Below, in pieces: positions 9,623 through 18,652 of a stretch of 64,000 nt of DNA. The position numbers were made by a program, and so were the translations under genes. The notes under the pieces are model-generated. The model saw nothing but the letters and a program-made list of their open reading frames with translations, was not told the origin of the DNA and searched no databases. The DNA is from a virus (lineage: Duplodnaviria > Heunggongvirae > Uroviricota > Caudoviricetes): the IMG/VR virus record IMGVR_UViG_3300011187_000002; one strand, 5' to 3'. The first letter of the stretch is position 1; each line of letters opens with the position of its first letter.

Positions 9623-10573
9623 TCAGCTTTTGCTCAAGTCACGCAACACGTCGTCGATGTCCGGCCACTTGTTGCGGAGGAACTTTCTTAGTTTCTTGAC
9701 ACGGTAGCCCAGCTTTCCGGGGTTGGACGAATCGCCTTCCTCGAAACCGAGTGCCCGCCACAGAGGTACTTTTCCGCGTGCCCCAGCTTTGAACGTTACG
9801 TCCACTTTGAGCAATTCACGCATCGAAGATGCGGGGTTGTTCATGTAGGCTTCCCAAATCATCCCCAGATCGTCGTAACGCTGGTTGAGTTCCTTCTTGA
9901 TCTTCTCAATCAGTTGCTTCGCAGCCGGGTTGCTTCGCATTAACGAGTAATAGCCCGAAAGCTGTCCGCTGCTAAGACCGTCGAGGGTGAAGAGATCTTC
10001 AAAAGTGTCCCGCCCTTCGTAACCATCATCCGGGGTACCTTGCTGAAAACCCGTGTCGGCGTCACCGGTTTCGGCTTTCCAACGCTTGTACAGGTTGGAA
10101 ACCTTCATCTTGACCCATTTGGTCAACGAGGCTTTGATCCGGTTGTCATTGTAGCCTTCACGTACCCAATCCTCAATCTGTTCCATGAGGTTGCGCTTCC
10201 ACGGGCCAGTATCGCGGAGGCTCATGATGCTCTGGCCCATGATCATATCCCCAACCACGTCATTGAGGAAATCCTCACGCTGGGTGTGCTCCAAATTGAG
10301 CTTGCGGGCCATCGAGTTGACACCGACTTTGAAAATTTTGCCCCAATCAATGGTGGGGATTTCGAGGCCGTCGCCTTCAAGCTCCCGTCTGATCCCTTCG
10401 CGGTCAAGCATTTGCTCGACGAGCTTTGTGATCTGCCCCTCACTAAAGGCCCGTTTTCGACGGGGACTCGCAAGACGCATAAGTGCGTGGAGAGTACGAA
10501 TTTCGGCGGGCAAGGAGGCGTAAACCTTTCGCTTGGCTTTCCGCACGTGGTTCGCTAATTTGTTGTGTGACAT
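9623..10573 (-). CDS. hypothetical protein, possibly a divergent sigma-70-like factor
   Basis: REDFLNDV...LTKWVKMKVSNLYKRW (region-2-like) and LGYRVKKLRKFL (region-4-like); weak. Confidence 0.5.
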   Translation of the reverse strand: MSHNKLANHVRKAKRKVYASLPAEIRTLHALMRLASPRRKRAFSEGQITKLVEQMLDREGIRRELEGDGLEIPTIDWGKIFKVGVNSMARKLNLEHTQREDFLNDVVGDMIMGQSIMSLRDTGPWKRNLMEQIEDWVREGYNDNRIKASLTKWVKMKVSNLYKRWKAETGDADTGFQQGTPDDGYEGRDTFEDLFTLDGLSSGQLSGYYSLMRSNPAAKQLIEKIKKELNQRYDDLGMIWEAYMNNPASSMRELLKVDVTFKAGARGKVPLWRALGFEEGDSSNPGKLGYRVKKLRKFLRNKWPDIDDVLRDLSKS

Positions 10574-10586
10574 GTGAATCCCTTGA

Positions 10587-10772
10587 TCAGATAATAATAA
10601 TTACTTTAAACTTTTTTACCCATTTCCCAATACAGGCTTGGGATACACCATATCTTTTTCCGATCTGTGCTTGCGTTAGGTCGGAAGATAGATAGTCCTT
10701 AACTGCCGCTTTTCGTTCAGCATCGGAAAATTGTTTGGTTGGATCTTTCATGGGGTTGTTACAGGACATCAT
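10587..10772 (-). CDS. small HTH protein, probably the detached C-terminus of the GIY-YIG endonuclease
   Basis: NNPMKDP then LTQAQIGKRYGVSQACIGKW; overlaps GIY-YIG stop in another frame. Confidence 0.55.
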   Translation of the reverse strand: MMSCNNPMKDPTKQFSDAERKAAVKDYLSSDLTQAQIGKRYGVSQACIGKWVKKFKVIIII

Positions 10773-11175
10773 TTTTGCGTGTTTTTCCAGTGTGAGCTAC
10801 ACTCAGCTTTTTTCGGGTTTCAGGGGATAAACCGCCGTAATTAGGGTTATCCTCACCCTTTAATATAGGAGGATGTGCGGCAATAGGGTTGATATTGTAT
10901 AGGTGTTTCCAATCACCTGCATTTTTATGGCGGTCAAGATATTTTTGTTCAAGTTCGACTAGTTGTTCGACGGGAACATTTTCAATAGGCTCAAATACGA
11001 AATTATTTGCGCCATATTTGTCCCACGACCTTTGCAAATAGATATTTTCATGTACCCTCTCCGAACTTTTCAAGGTAGACCGGTGATCTCTTAGTCGGCG
11101 TGGGATATCCTTGCTGCTCCCGATATATGCCTTTCCGTTGACTAAATTCTTGATATGGTAAATGCCTGATTTCAC
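10759..11175 (-). CDS. GIY-YIG homing endonuclease (NUMOD3-like tail)
   Basis: SGIYHIKNLVNGKAYIGSS, R..H, E, YN; SPETRKKLS; AT-rich. Confidence 0.9.
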   Translation of the reverse strand: MKSGIYHIKNLVNGKAYIGSSKDIPRRLRDHRSTLKSSERVHENIYLQRSWDKYGANNFVFEPIENVPVEQLVELEQKYLDRHKNAGDWKHLYNINPIAAHPPILKGEDNPNYGGLSPETRKKLSVAHTGKTRKNDVL

Positions 11176-11834
11176 AAAAAAGCCCGTGTTAGTAACAAGT
11201 TTTCAGGGACTTCTATCATACCATTGTCAATCCCATAAATAAAATCATTAAACCATGATACATACCGGTCAATTCGAGTTTTACCATAGGCGATCAAGTG
11301 CCAACTATTTCGTGTGGTTTTTCGCACTGATCCCGCATTATATCCTGAACAAATAAGAGGTGGATCTACCCCGTATTTTTCGATCTGGTGAGCCATGTAG
11401 GCCGCGCCTAACAAAATGCTGTAGTGCGGGTCGAACAGAAATTCGCGGTCGACCTCATTTTCGGGCACTAGGTCGTATTTGGAAGCCATTGACTTCGCGG
11501 TTGAAATCAATGTCTGCATGAGGCCCGGAGATACCCGGTGAGGTGTTTCCTCATCGGAAGTGTAGCCCGGCTCTTCGCGAATTGACTTCGGGTCGTAATG
11601 CCCGTCACTTTTTCGAACAGCTTCGATGGGAATCATCGCCGCAATCATATCAGCCGGGACTTCAAGCTCTTTTGAGGCGTAATAGATCTCGTCACCGAAA
11701 TCTTCCCACAAGGTTTTCATGGTGATAGGCTCACCACGGCTACGAAGAAGTCCCTCGTCCTTTGTTTCGATACCCTCGGATGTGATCCGCCAAGAGCGGC
11801 CCCCGAACTTGTTGTGCCAGTCTGAAAGACTCAT
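11172..11834 (-). CDS. lytic transglycosylase (SLT/lysozyme-like)
   Basis: AAMIPIEA (catalytic E), SPGLMQTL, SILLGAAYM, GYNAG. Confidence 0.85.
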   Translation of the reverse strand: MSLSDWHNKFGGRSWRITSEGIETKDEGLLRSRGEPITMKTLWEDFGDEIYYASKELEVPADMIAAMIPIEAVRKSDGHYDPKSIREEPGYTSDEETPHRVSPGLMQTLISTAKSMASKYDLVPENEVDREFLFDPHYSILLGAAYMAHQIEKYGVDPPLICSGYNAGSVRKTTRNSWHLIAYGKTRIDRYVSWFNDFIYGIDNGMIEVPENLLLTRAFL

Positions 11835-11844
11835 AATCTAACCC

Positions 11845-12267
11845 TTAGAGGTAGTAATCCGTGATATTGTCTCTGATTTCCGCTACCACCTTTTTCATGA
11901 TTTTTCGCTTGAGGTCGGTAGAGGCAAAAGTCACCGTGCTGATATTTCTACCGTCGATATCTTCGAGGTAGGCAATAATACCGTTGCCCTTATTTCTTGG
12001 ATCAAGGGTGATGGTAACCGACCAGCCACCGTCAGTGTCGATGCGACCGCCGTCCCTAGAACGACCTGTATTGACGTCGAATTCTCGCTTGATCCTCTCT
12101 TCCATCAAGCCCGCTAGATCCGTAGCAAACTTACGCTTGGCGTCCCCTACGACTGCCGCAAGGGAATCACCGTCCACCTTGTACAAGGTAGCGAGTACCG
12201 GTTTGATATGCTTTCGAAGGCTCTTGTTATCGGAGCCTAGCTTGATGAGTTGGTCTTTCAAATCCAT
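11845..12267 (-). CDS. hypothetical protein with N-terminal 'LKDQLIKLG...LRKHIKPVL' module
   Basis: Shared module; GGAG RBS. Confidence 0.75.
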   Translation of the reverse strand: MDLKDQLIKLGSDNKSLRKHIKPVLATLYKVDGDSLAAVVGDAKRKFATDLAGLMEERIKREFDVNTGRSRDGGRIDTDGGWSVTITLDPRNKGNGIIAYLEDIDGRNISTVTFASTDLKRKIMKKVVAEIRDNITDYYL

Positions 12268-12287
12268 TGTGATCTCCTACGAAATGA

Positions 12288-13001
12288 TTAGATACGGTCG
12301 GAATTGCCGATTTCCACGATCCATTGTCCTGCCCCTTTCCCACGTCGGACATAAGCCCAATCAGTGACACCGGAGGCTACTACAGCATCGCCGATCTCCT
12401 CTTTGGACCGGGGATATTCCGCATTATCTGTGATCTTGAGTTGCCCGCCGACAAGAAGCCCGTCGCTACCGTGGTTACGATAACTCAGCCATGATGTGTT
12501 GCGCCCAAAGATGTTGATCTCTAGGTCTTGTTTCGCAAGGCTTTTCTTGGCGTCTTTCAGGAGCTTTTCGAACCCTTGCTCAATCGCCCCGACATGCTTG
12601 CGGGCAAGCTCCGATGCTTTTTCATACAGGCCGTTGTTTGCCTGTTTCCGGGTCGTGGCATATTTTCTGGCCCAATCTTTAGCTGCATCTTCAGGGCTGC
12701 GGCCTTCAAATTGGTAGACCATGCCTCCCATCGCTACATCCAGTCTTCCGGGACGTGTGGATGTGACCCATGCGGCCTCAACTGTTTTGCTTTCCGTCGA
12801 TATCTCAACCAACTGAAAAGAGTGGTGATCACTCTTGAGGCCAGACAGGTGCTGGGCAAAGCGTGGCGAATCCGGCAAACCCCTTTTCGGAGTTACGGTG
12901 ACGGACGCCAGCTTTTTCAGTTCAGCCAAAACCGGTCGGATATGGGGACGAAGGTTTTTGCGCACCTTGCCCAATTTGATCAGTTGCTTTTTTAGCGACA
13001 T
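12288..13001 (-). CDS. hypothetical protein with N-terminal 'LKKQLIKLG...LRPHIRPVL' module
   Basis: Shared module. Confidence 0.75.
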   Translation of the reverse strand: MSLKKQLIKLGKVRKNLRPHIRPVLAELKKLASVTVTPKRGLPDSPRFAQHLSGLKSDHHSFQLVEISTESKTVEAAWVTSTRPGRLDVAMGGMVYQFEGRSPEDAAKDWARKYATTRKQANNGLYEKASELARKHVGAIEQGFEKLLKDAKKSLAKQDLEINIFGRNTSWLSYRNHGSDGLLVGGQLKITDNAEYPRSKEEIGDAVVASGVTDWAYVRRGKGAGQWIVEIGNSDRI

Positions 13002-13074
13002 GGAGTTACCCTAATTATGTCTGACGTGAGATCAAAAGGATTCACTTCAACCACCATATAAAAAGTTTATTGCT

Positions 13075-13488
13075 ATGTTCCCCCCAATTGTTGAATACGA
13101 GGAGGGCCTTACTGCTTCCGGGGAACCTGTTTTCCCGAACGTGGCACGGTATGTGTTGTGGATCCGAGATACGTACATCAAGTCCACCCCTTTCACGTAT
13201 CAGGATGTCCGGGAAATCCACGATGAGCTACAGGATTTGAGGCCGGGGCGTTACTATTACAAGTGGGAGTCGATACGGTCGTATCTGTGGATGTGGCGCA
13301 AGGAAGGGCTGATCGAAGTGCTAGACGGTTACGACAAGAACCCCGGAAACCACACGCTCATGTGGGCCGCCTATTACAAGCGGCAAATCGCCAAGGTCCA
13401 ACGCAAAAGCAAGAGCACCCCGTCCATTACCGAAAAGTTCGCCCAACAGCTTGAGTCAGTGCTGGAAAAACATTTTGACGGTGAATAG
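13075..13488 (+). CDS. hypothetical protein (possible winged helix)
   Basis: FTYQDV...SIRSYLWMWRKEGLIE pattern. Confidence 0.6.
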   Translation: MFPPIVEYEEGLTASGEPVFPNVARYVLWIRDTYIKSTPFTYQDVREIHDELQDLRPGRYYYKWESIRSYLWMWRKEGLIEVLDGYDKNPGNHTLMWAAYYKRQIAKVQRKSKSTPSITEKFAQQLESVLEKHFDGE

Positions 13489-13503
13489 TATATAAGGTAT
13501 AAG
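13475..13503 (+). promoter_or_regulatory. sigma70-type phage promoter
   Basis: TTGACG-N17-TATAAG. Confidence 0.75.
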
Positions 13504-13556
13504 AGACTGCAGGCACGAACCTACTACGATTCCATTACGACGACGACGAGGTGCCT

Positions 13557-13862
13557 ATGGGCCATTACGACTACAGTAAAGTTATGCGGGCCTTGTACAA
13601 GCAAGCTCCAGACCGGATACGGATGCGGGCCAAGGGTTACTTTTCCGAAGACCGCATCAAGTCGCTCAATATCACGGGCGAAGGTGTACTGAAAGCGAGG
13701 GTGCAGGGGACAGCACCGGAACCTTATTATGTCGAGATCGACATGAAAGAGCGAACCCGGAAGTGCTCTTGCCCGGCCCACCACAATTACCGGGACATCC
13801 CCTGCAAGCATCAAGTGTTGGTTGTGCTCCCTTTCATCGGGACGGATGCAGGTCGTCGATGA
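13557..13862 (+). CDS. SWIM zinc-finger protein
   Basis: ARVQGT...YYV...CSCP...CKH. Confidence 0.85.
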   Translation: MGHYDYSKVMRALYKQAPDRIRMRAKGYFSEDRIKSLNITGEGVLKARVQGTAPEPYYVEIDMKERTRKCSCPAHHNYRDIPCKHQVLVVLPFIGTDAGRR

Positions 13863-14361
13863 AGTCCTCAGCAAGGTCCCGAAGCCTCCCCTTTTGCTTC
13901 TTGACTTGGTAGAGGGTTTCGTCAAGGAGTTTGCAAATCTCCTTTCGTGTGTAGCCCATGCGAAGCAAAAGGAACACACGCCGTGGTAGCGTATCTTCGA
14001 AAGTGAGTGAATCTTTCAGGTGCTGTTCGAAGCCTTTGAGCAACTCTTCATTCCATTCAAGCAAGCACACTTTTCGGTGCCCGGATCTAGGAATTAAAGA
14101 CGCAGTATCCGCGCCTTCGGGAACTTTGTCCCGGTTCAGTTGCTTGATCAGGACACCCCTCGCCACCATATAGATGTAGGTCGAGGGCGCACACCTCGAA
14201 GCTACATACGGGCTGGACCCTTGGTTGAGCTTGAGGATCTTTTCGCACACGTCATGCACCAAGTCGTCGGGGTCTTCGGCCTCGGCTCCGAATTTAGCGT
14301 AAACGATTCGAACTACGTCTTCGTAGTGCTTTGTAAGATCAAGGCCGTTCATTGCGTGCAT
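13834..14361 (-). CDS. ECF-type RNA polymerase sigma factor
   Basis: DPDDLVHDV...STYIYMVARG (region 2); RRVFLLLRMGYTRKEICKLL (region 4 HTH). Confidence 0.8.
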   Translation of the reverse strand: MHAMNGLDLTKHYEDVVRIVYAKFGAEAEDPDDLVHDVCEKILKLNQGSSPYVASRCAPSTYIYMVARGVLIKQLNRDKVPEGADTASLIPRSGHRKVCLLEWNEELLKGFEQHLKDSLTFEDTLPRRVFLLLRMGYTRKEICKLLDETLYQVKKQKGRLRDLAEDFIDDLHPSR

Positions 14362-14900
14362 GTCGTTTCGTGGTGGTTTGCAAGGACTCGGCAGCTAAGT
14401 GAGCAAGTATCCGTGTCGGCGTCACAGCTTTCAACGGACAGCAAAACCGAATCGCTGAATGTGGGGTCGATCACACGGAGGGAGTTTCGATCTGCTTTCC
14501 CGTCGTAGTTCGCCGTCCCACCATTGACCGCATAGACGAGTCGGTCACTGAAACGGGTGTTGCCATTGATATCGTAACGAAGGTACGCCCATCCTCGTTG
14601 GGTGTCGTCTTTGTGTACCCGCACGCTGAAATCCCCGCCAGCAGGATTGCACGGAACGTCTACATCTTCGTCACCAACTTCAAAGTATTGGACATGGTAC
14701 GTTTCGACGACCGTTTTCAGTTTTTCGCAAAGTTCGGCTTGCTTTTTCTGAGCCGTGTCTTCGCACAAGGCAATGGTAGTTTCTTGGTCACTGATCTCTT
14801 GGCGGGCGTCCGCCAGTTGGGATTGGGTTTCAAGTAACTCCTCATTTTCACAGGCTACTAAGGCGGTGAGGGCTACGAATGCAACTGTCAGTCTTTTCAT
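14349..14900 (-). CDS. lipoprotein with coiled coil
   Basis: MKRL + hydrophobic stretch + LVAC lipobox; GGAG RBS. Confidence 0.75.
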   Translation of the reverse strand: MKRLTVAFVALTALVACENEELLETQSQLADARQEISDQETTIALCEDTAQKKQAELCEKLKTVVETYHVQYFEVGDEDVDVPCNPAGGDFSVRVHKDDTQRGWAYLRYDINGNTRFSDRLVYAVNGGTANYDGKADRNSLRVIDPTFSDSVLLSVESCDADTDTCSLSCRVLANHHETTCTQ

Positions 14901-14974
14901 GTGATCTCCTATTTGGGTTCGTCCAAATTCATTTCATACATAGTAAAGTATTTTGCGATCTCATGCCAGTCCGA

Positions 14975-15385
14975 TCAACCGATACGGGAAACGGCATGAC
15001 TGAATACTTGATCCCGGTAGTACGGAGTCAGACGCTTGGCACACAGCTTCAAGTAAGAGCGTACATCGTAGCGGTCGTTGACGTTCAGTCTACCCACTAC
15101 GACGCCTTCAATCGTTTCTCGATGGTCTTCTAGGATAAACTCAGCGGTGTCATACACGTCGTAGAACGAAAAACTGCTGTTGAGGTAACAGCAAAGTTGC
15201 CAGTAAGGGACGAAGGCCGGGAGTTTTCGGTTGGTTTTGTATTCCCGGAGGGGTTCATAGTGGCCCACGAACAGGTTGAGCCGGTTGAGGTATGAAAATC
15301 GTGATGAAAATTCAAGTAGTGATATTTGGGATACTACAACCAGATCGCCTTCCGTGTAGCGCTTTTTTCGCGCAAACAGAGGCAT
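14975..15385 (-). CDS. hypothetical protein, paralog of 15392-15826
   Basis: MPLF...GDL and VVGRLN...V..YL..CA..L shared. Confidence 0.7.
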   Translation of the reverse strand: MPLFARKKRYTEGDLVVVSQISLLEFSSRFSYLNRLNLFVGHYEPLREYKTNRKLPAFVPYWQLCCYLNSSFSFYDVYDTAEFILEDHRETIEGVVVGRLNVNDRYDVRSYLKLCAKRLTPYYRDQVFSHAVSRIG

Positions 15386-15391
15386 GGGGGA

Positions 15392-15826
15392 TCAATCCTT
15401 TGAATGGTATCTCGACACCCGTTCCATGTGTTTAAGTGACCGGGCACATTGCGTCAAATATTGCCAGACCTCATGTTCATCGGTGAGGTTAAGGCGTCCA
15501 ACTACACTTCCGGCCAACTTATACAGATGGTCCAAGTGTTCAGGAACTACCCAGCCTTTTGTCCGGGCGAATTCACCGAGGAAATGGGCACTTTTACGCG
15601 GCTGAATTTGGTTGGCTTGGTATTCAACGTCATAGTACAGTCTAATTTTCGCTTCGCTCTGTTTTTTGAAAGACTCATACGTCCCCAAAGCTAGCACGAT
15701 CTCAGGAACATAGATGTTGAATTCAAGCGCTAAATTCGTGTCCTCAGCCGGAAAATAGAATCTATCAGCGCGGAATAGTAAAAGATCACCGGGCCGGGGT
15801 CGTGGGTTTTTGATAAATAGGGGCAT
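15392..15826 (-). CDS. hypothetical protein, paralog of 14975-15385
   Basis: Same shared motifs. Confidence 0.7.
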   Translation of the reverse strand: MPLFIKNPRPRPGDLLLFRADRFYFPAEDTNLALEFNIYVPEIVLALGTYESFKKQSEAKIRLYYDVEYQANQIQPRKSAHFLGEFARTKGWVVPEHLDHLYKLAGSVVGRLNLTDEHEVWQYLTQCARSLKHMERVSRYHSKD

Positions 15827-15828
15827 GT

Positions 15829-16206
15829 TCAGTTGAGGGCCGTGAAAATGAAATACAAAACCGTTTCGGTGAGTTTGGGCCTGTCAGATTCCCGGAAAAG
15901 CCTCCATTGGGATTGCCAGAGATAAGCCTGTGTTCCGGGGTCTTTGACCCTCGCCCTCATTTTGCCCGCTTTGGTACGAGGCACCTTGAGCAAACCTTCG
16001 GTGTCCACCAGATAGACGTCTTCTTCACCGACTTGCAAATCGACCGAATCGCTTTTCGTGGTGTTTAGCACCTGACCCACATAGATGGTGGTGCTAGGGC
16101 TCTTTTTACCACGGGTTTTGATGAGGACCCAATCCCCTATTTCCACCTTTTTCGTGTGGGTTATCCGCTTATAAGCGCCATGTAATAGGAAATAGTTGCG
16201 TAGCAT
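15829..16206 (-). CDS. hypothetical protein (MLRNYF start)
   Basis: Start placed at ATG after AGGT; SH3/KOW-like IGDWVLI. Confidence 0.6.
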   Translation of the reverse strand: MLRNYFLLHGAYKRITHTKKVEIGDWVLIKTRGKKSPSTTIYVGQVLNTTKSDSVDLQVGEEDVYLVDTEGLLKVPRTKAGKMRARVKDPGTQAYLWQSQWRLFRESDRPKLTETVLYFIFTALN

Positions 16207-16261
16207 GGTCGTTTTACCTGTCGTGGTACGTACCAGATAATTTTCGCACACGGAGATACGT

Positions 16262-16852
16262 ATGTCAAAGGTACCGTTAGAAAAGGTCCAAGAACTTCGC
16301 GACTTTATTGATCGGGAAATCCCTGATTTCAAAGTGGTTTACAAAGACGAACCGGGCTGGCACAAGACGAATTTCAGTACGTTTGTTGCGTGGCTCTTTG
16401 TTGGTTTCGTGGGGTTTTTCGTCGCCTCTTTCAAGAAAAAGTTCAACGAACGCTATTCGAACGGCTTGCAAGGGAACACCCTCGTATTGCCGAGCCGATC
16501 CACTTACGGTGATTGGACGGACGCCAACGTATACAAAATCGTGCGGCATGAAGTGATGCACTTGCTCGACCAACGAAAGCATCCTATCTGGTTCCCTTTG
16601 AGTTTCATTTGTGTGTTGCCCGTCATTTTTACGATGCGGGCCTATTGGGAGCTTCGCGGTTACACGGCGACGATGGTAGCCCACTATGAACTCAACGGGA
16701 ACATCCCGGAATGGATGATTTCGTTTATCGCCAAAAAATTCACGGGTGGGATGTATTTTTGGATGTTCCCTTTCCCTAGCAAAATCAGAAGCATCCTCGA
16801 AAAAACCCGCGATAAAATCTACAAAGGCGACATTGAAGGGTTCTACTGGTAA
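16262..16852 (+). CDS. putative membrane-associated HExxH metallopeptidase
   Basis: VRHEVMH...WELRGY; hydrophobic segments; GGAG RBS. Confidence 0.65.
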   Translation: MSKVPLEKVQELRDFIDREIPDFKVVYKDEPGWHKTNFSTFVAWLFVGFVGFFVASFKKKFNERYSNGLQGNTLVLPSRSTYGDWTDANVYKIVRHEVMHLLDQRKHPIWFPLSFICVLPVIFTMRAYWELRGYTATMVAHYELNGNIPEWMISFIAKKFTGGMYFWMFPFPSKIRSILEKTRDKIYKGDIEGFYW

Positions 16853-16864
16853 GGAATACGTTTG

Positions 16865-16975
16865 ACACTTCCCATTGTTGGGTGCTACTACGTATCTTCG
16901 CTCGTACCTATACGAGCCGTTACGTAACTCATTGGACTTGCTCGTTTGTAAGTCCGCACCCAACAATGGAGGTGT
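16865..16975 (+). promoter_or_regulatory. structured leader / Y-RNA-like element sequestering the Ro60 RBS
   Basis: 14-bp perfect stem 16872-16885/16956-16969, extended past a bulged C over GGAGG; two internal hairpins. Confidence 0.6.
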
Positions 16976-16978
16976 TTC

Positions 16979-18601
16979 ATGGATTATTCGAAGCATTTCA
17001 AGACAGACCAGAAGACGGGTGCGACTCCCCAAGATGAGCCGATTAGCGCAGACCAGATCAAGAACAATGCTGGAGGCTTTGGTTACGAAGTCGACATGCA
17101 GCAGCGACTTGATCGGTTTTTGATTCTCGGTTCCGAAGGTGGGTCGTATTACGTCACCGAGCGCAACCTGACGGTGGACAATGCGAAAGCCGTGAACGAT
17201 TGCCTCCGGGTAGCTGGCCCCGCAACGGTACAACGCATCGTCGATATTTCCGATAGCGGTCGCGCTGTCCGAAACGATCCGGCCATCTTTGCACTGGCTT
17301 TGGCGCTGAAGTTCAATGACGGCACGGAGCAATCCGTTGAAACCCGGCGTGCTGCGGCCCAAGCAGTCCCACAAGTGTGCCGTACTTTTTACCACCTCAC
17401 GCAACTGGCAGAGTTCATCAAGCCATTTGGCGGGTGGGGACGTGTCACGATGCGGGCGTTTGAGAACTGGTACAAGGCTAAGTCTGACGATGACGTGGCC
17501 TATCAGATGATCAAATATCAGAACCGCAATGGTTGGTCACACCGTGACATGTTGCTCAAGGCGCATGTCAAGCCGGAAAACGATACCCGTGACGCCCTAT
17601 ATCATTGGGCGGCACAGGGGACACTGGTTTCCGACGCGGAATCCGATGAAGTCCTCAAAAGGGTGTGGGCTTTCGAACGTGCGAAGCAAGCGGGTTCGGT
17701 CGAGCAGCTTATCGGTTTGATTGAAAACCATAATTTGCCTCGTGAGTGCATCCCCACGGAGTTCCTCAACGACGTCAAAGTCTGGGAGCAACTCCTACAG
17801 AAAATGCCTCTGTGGGCGACGATCCGTAACCTGTCCAAGATGACCTCTTTGGGCCTCCTGACGAACACGTCGGATGCTACGAAAATTGTTGTCGAGCGAT
17901 TAACGGACCGGGAATACCTCAAGCGTGCGCGGGTTCACCCTCTCAATCTTTTGAATGCCCAGCGTACTTACGCTAGGGGCCGAGGTTTCCGGGGTTCGTT
18001 GACATGGAATCCGGTTCCGAAGATCACGGATGCTCTGGACGATGCGTTCTACGCCGCTTTCGATTTCGTGGAGCCTACCGGCAAGAACATTTGCCTTGCT
18101 CTCGACGTGTCCGGTTCGATGGGTATGGGATCGGTGGCAGGACTGGAAGGTCTGACGCCCCGTGAAGTAAGTGCCGCGATGGCGATGACGGTGATGCGGA
18201 CCGAAGAGAACTATGAAATCATGGGCTTTTCCCACGATTTCATCCCTCTGAACATTTCGCCCCGTCAGCGACTGGACGATGTGATCAAAAGCATCTCTGG
18301 CATTCCTTTCGGACGTACCGACTGTGCCCTTCCGATGGTATGGGCAAAGCGGACGGCAAAGGACTTCGACGCTTTCGTTATTTACACGGATAGCGAAACG
18401 TGGTATGGGGATATCCACCCCAAGCAGGCGCTTGATCAGTACCGGCAGTCCCGGAACAATGGGTCACGGGTAGCTGTTGTGGCGATGGAAGCCAGCCGCA
18501 ACACCATCGCAGACCCCAAGGATCCCGGTATGATTGATATCGTGGGATGTGACACTTCGGTGCCTACATTGCTCAACGAGTTCATCAACGGGAATCTGTA
18601 A
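16979..18601 (+). CDS. rsr: Ro60/Rsr TROVE-domain ribonucleoprotein with vWA domain
   Basis: NNAGG, RLDRFLILGSEGGSYY, KYQNRNGWSHRD, ALDVSGSM, TDCALPM, YTDSETW. Confidence 0.95.
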   Translation: MDYSKHFKTDQKTGATPQDEPISADQIKNNAGGFGYEVDMQQRLDRFLILGSEGGSYYVTERNLTVDNAKAVNDCLRVAGPATVQRIVDISDSGRAVRNDPAIFALALALKFNDGTEQSVETRRAAAQAVPQVCRTFYHLTQLAEFIKPFGGWGRVTMRAFENWYKAKSDDDVAYQMIKYQNRNGWSHRDMLLKAHVKPENDTRDALYHWAAQGTLVSDAESDEVLKRVWAFERAKQAGSVEQLIGLIENHNLPRECIPTEFLNDVKVWEQLLQKMPLWATIRNLSKMTSLGLLTNTSDATKIVVERLTDREYLKRARVHPLNLLNAQRTYARGRGFRGSLTWNPVPKITDALDDAFYAAFDFVEPTGKNICLALDVSGSMGMGSVAGLEGLTPREVSAAMAMTVMRTEENYEIMGFSHDFIPLNISPRQRLDDVIKSISGIPFGRTDCALPMVWAKRTAKDFDAFVIYTDSETWYGDIHPKQALDQYRQSRNNGSRVAVVAMEASRNTIADPKDPGMIDIVGCDTSVPTLLNEFINGNL

Positions 18602-18609
18602 ACCCATCA

Positions 18610-18641
18610 AGCCCCCGGTCGCTTTGACCGGGGGCTATTTT
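18610..18641 (+). terminator. intrinsic terminator
   Basis: agcccccggtc-gcttt-gaccgggggct then atttt. Confidence 0.75.
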
Positions 18642-18652
18642 CTGGAGGTTAT

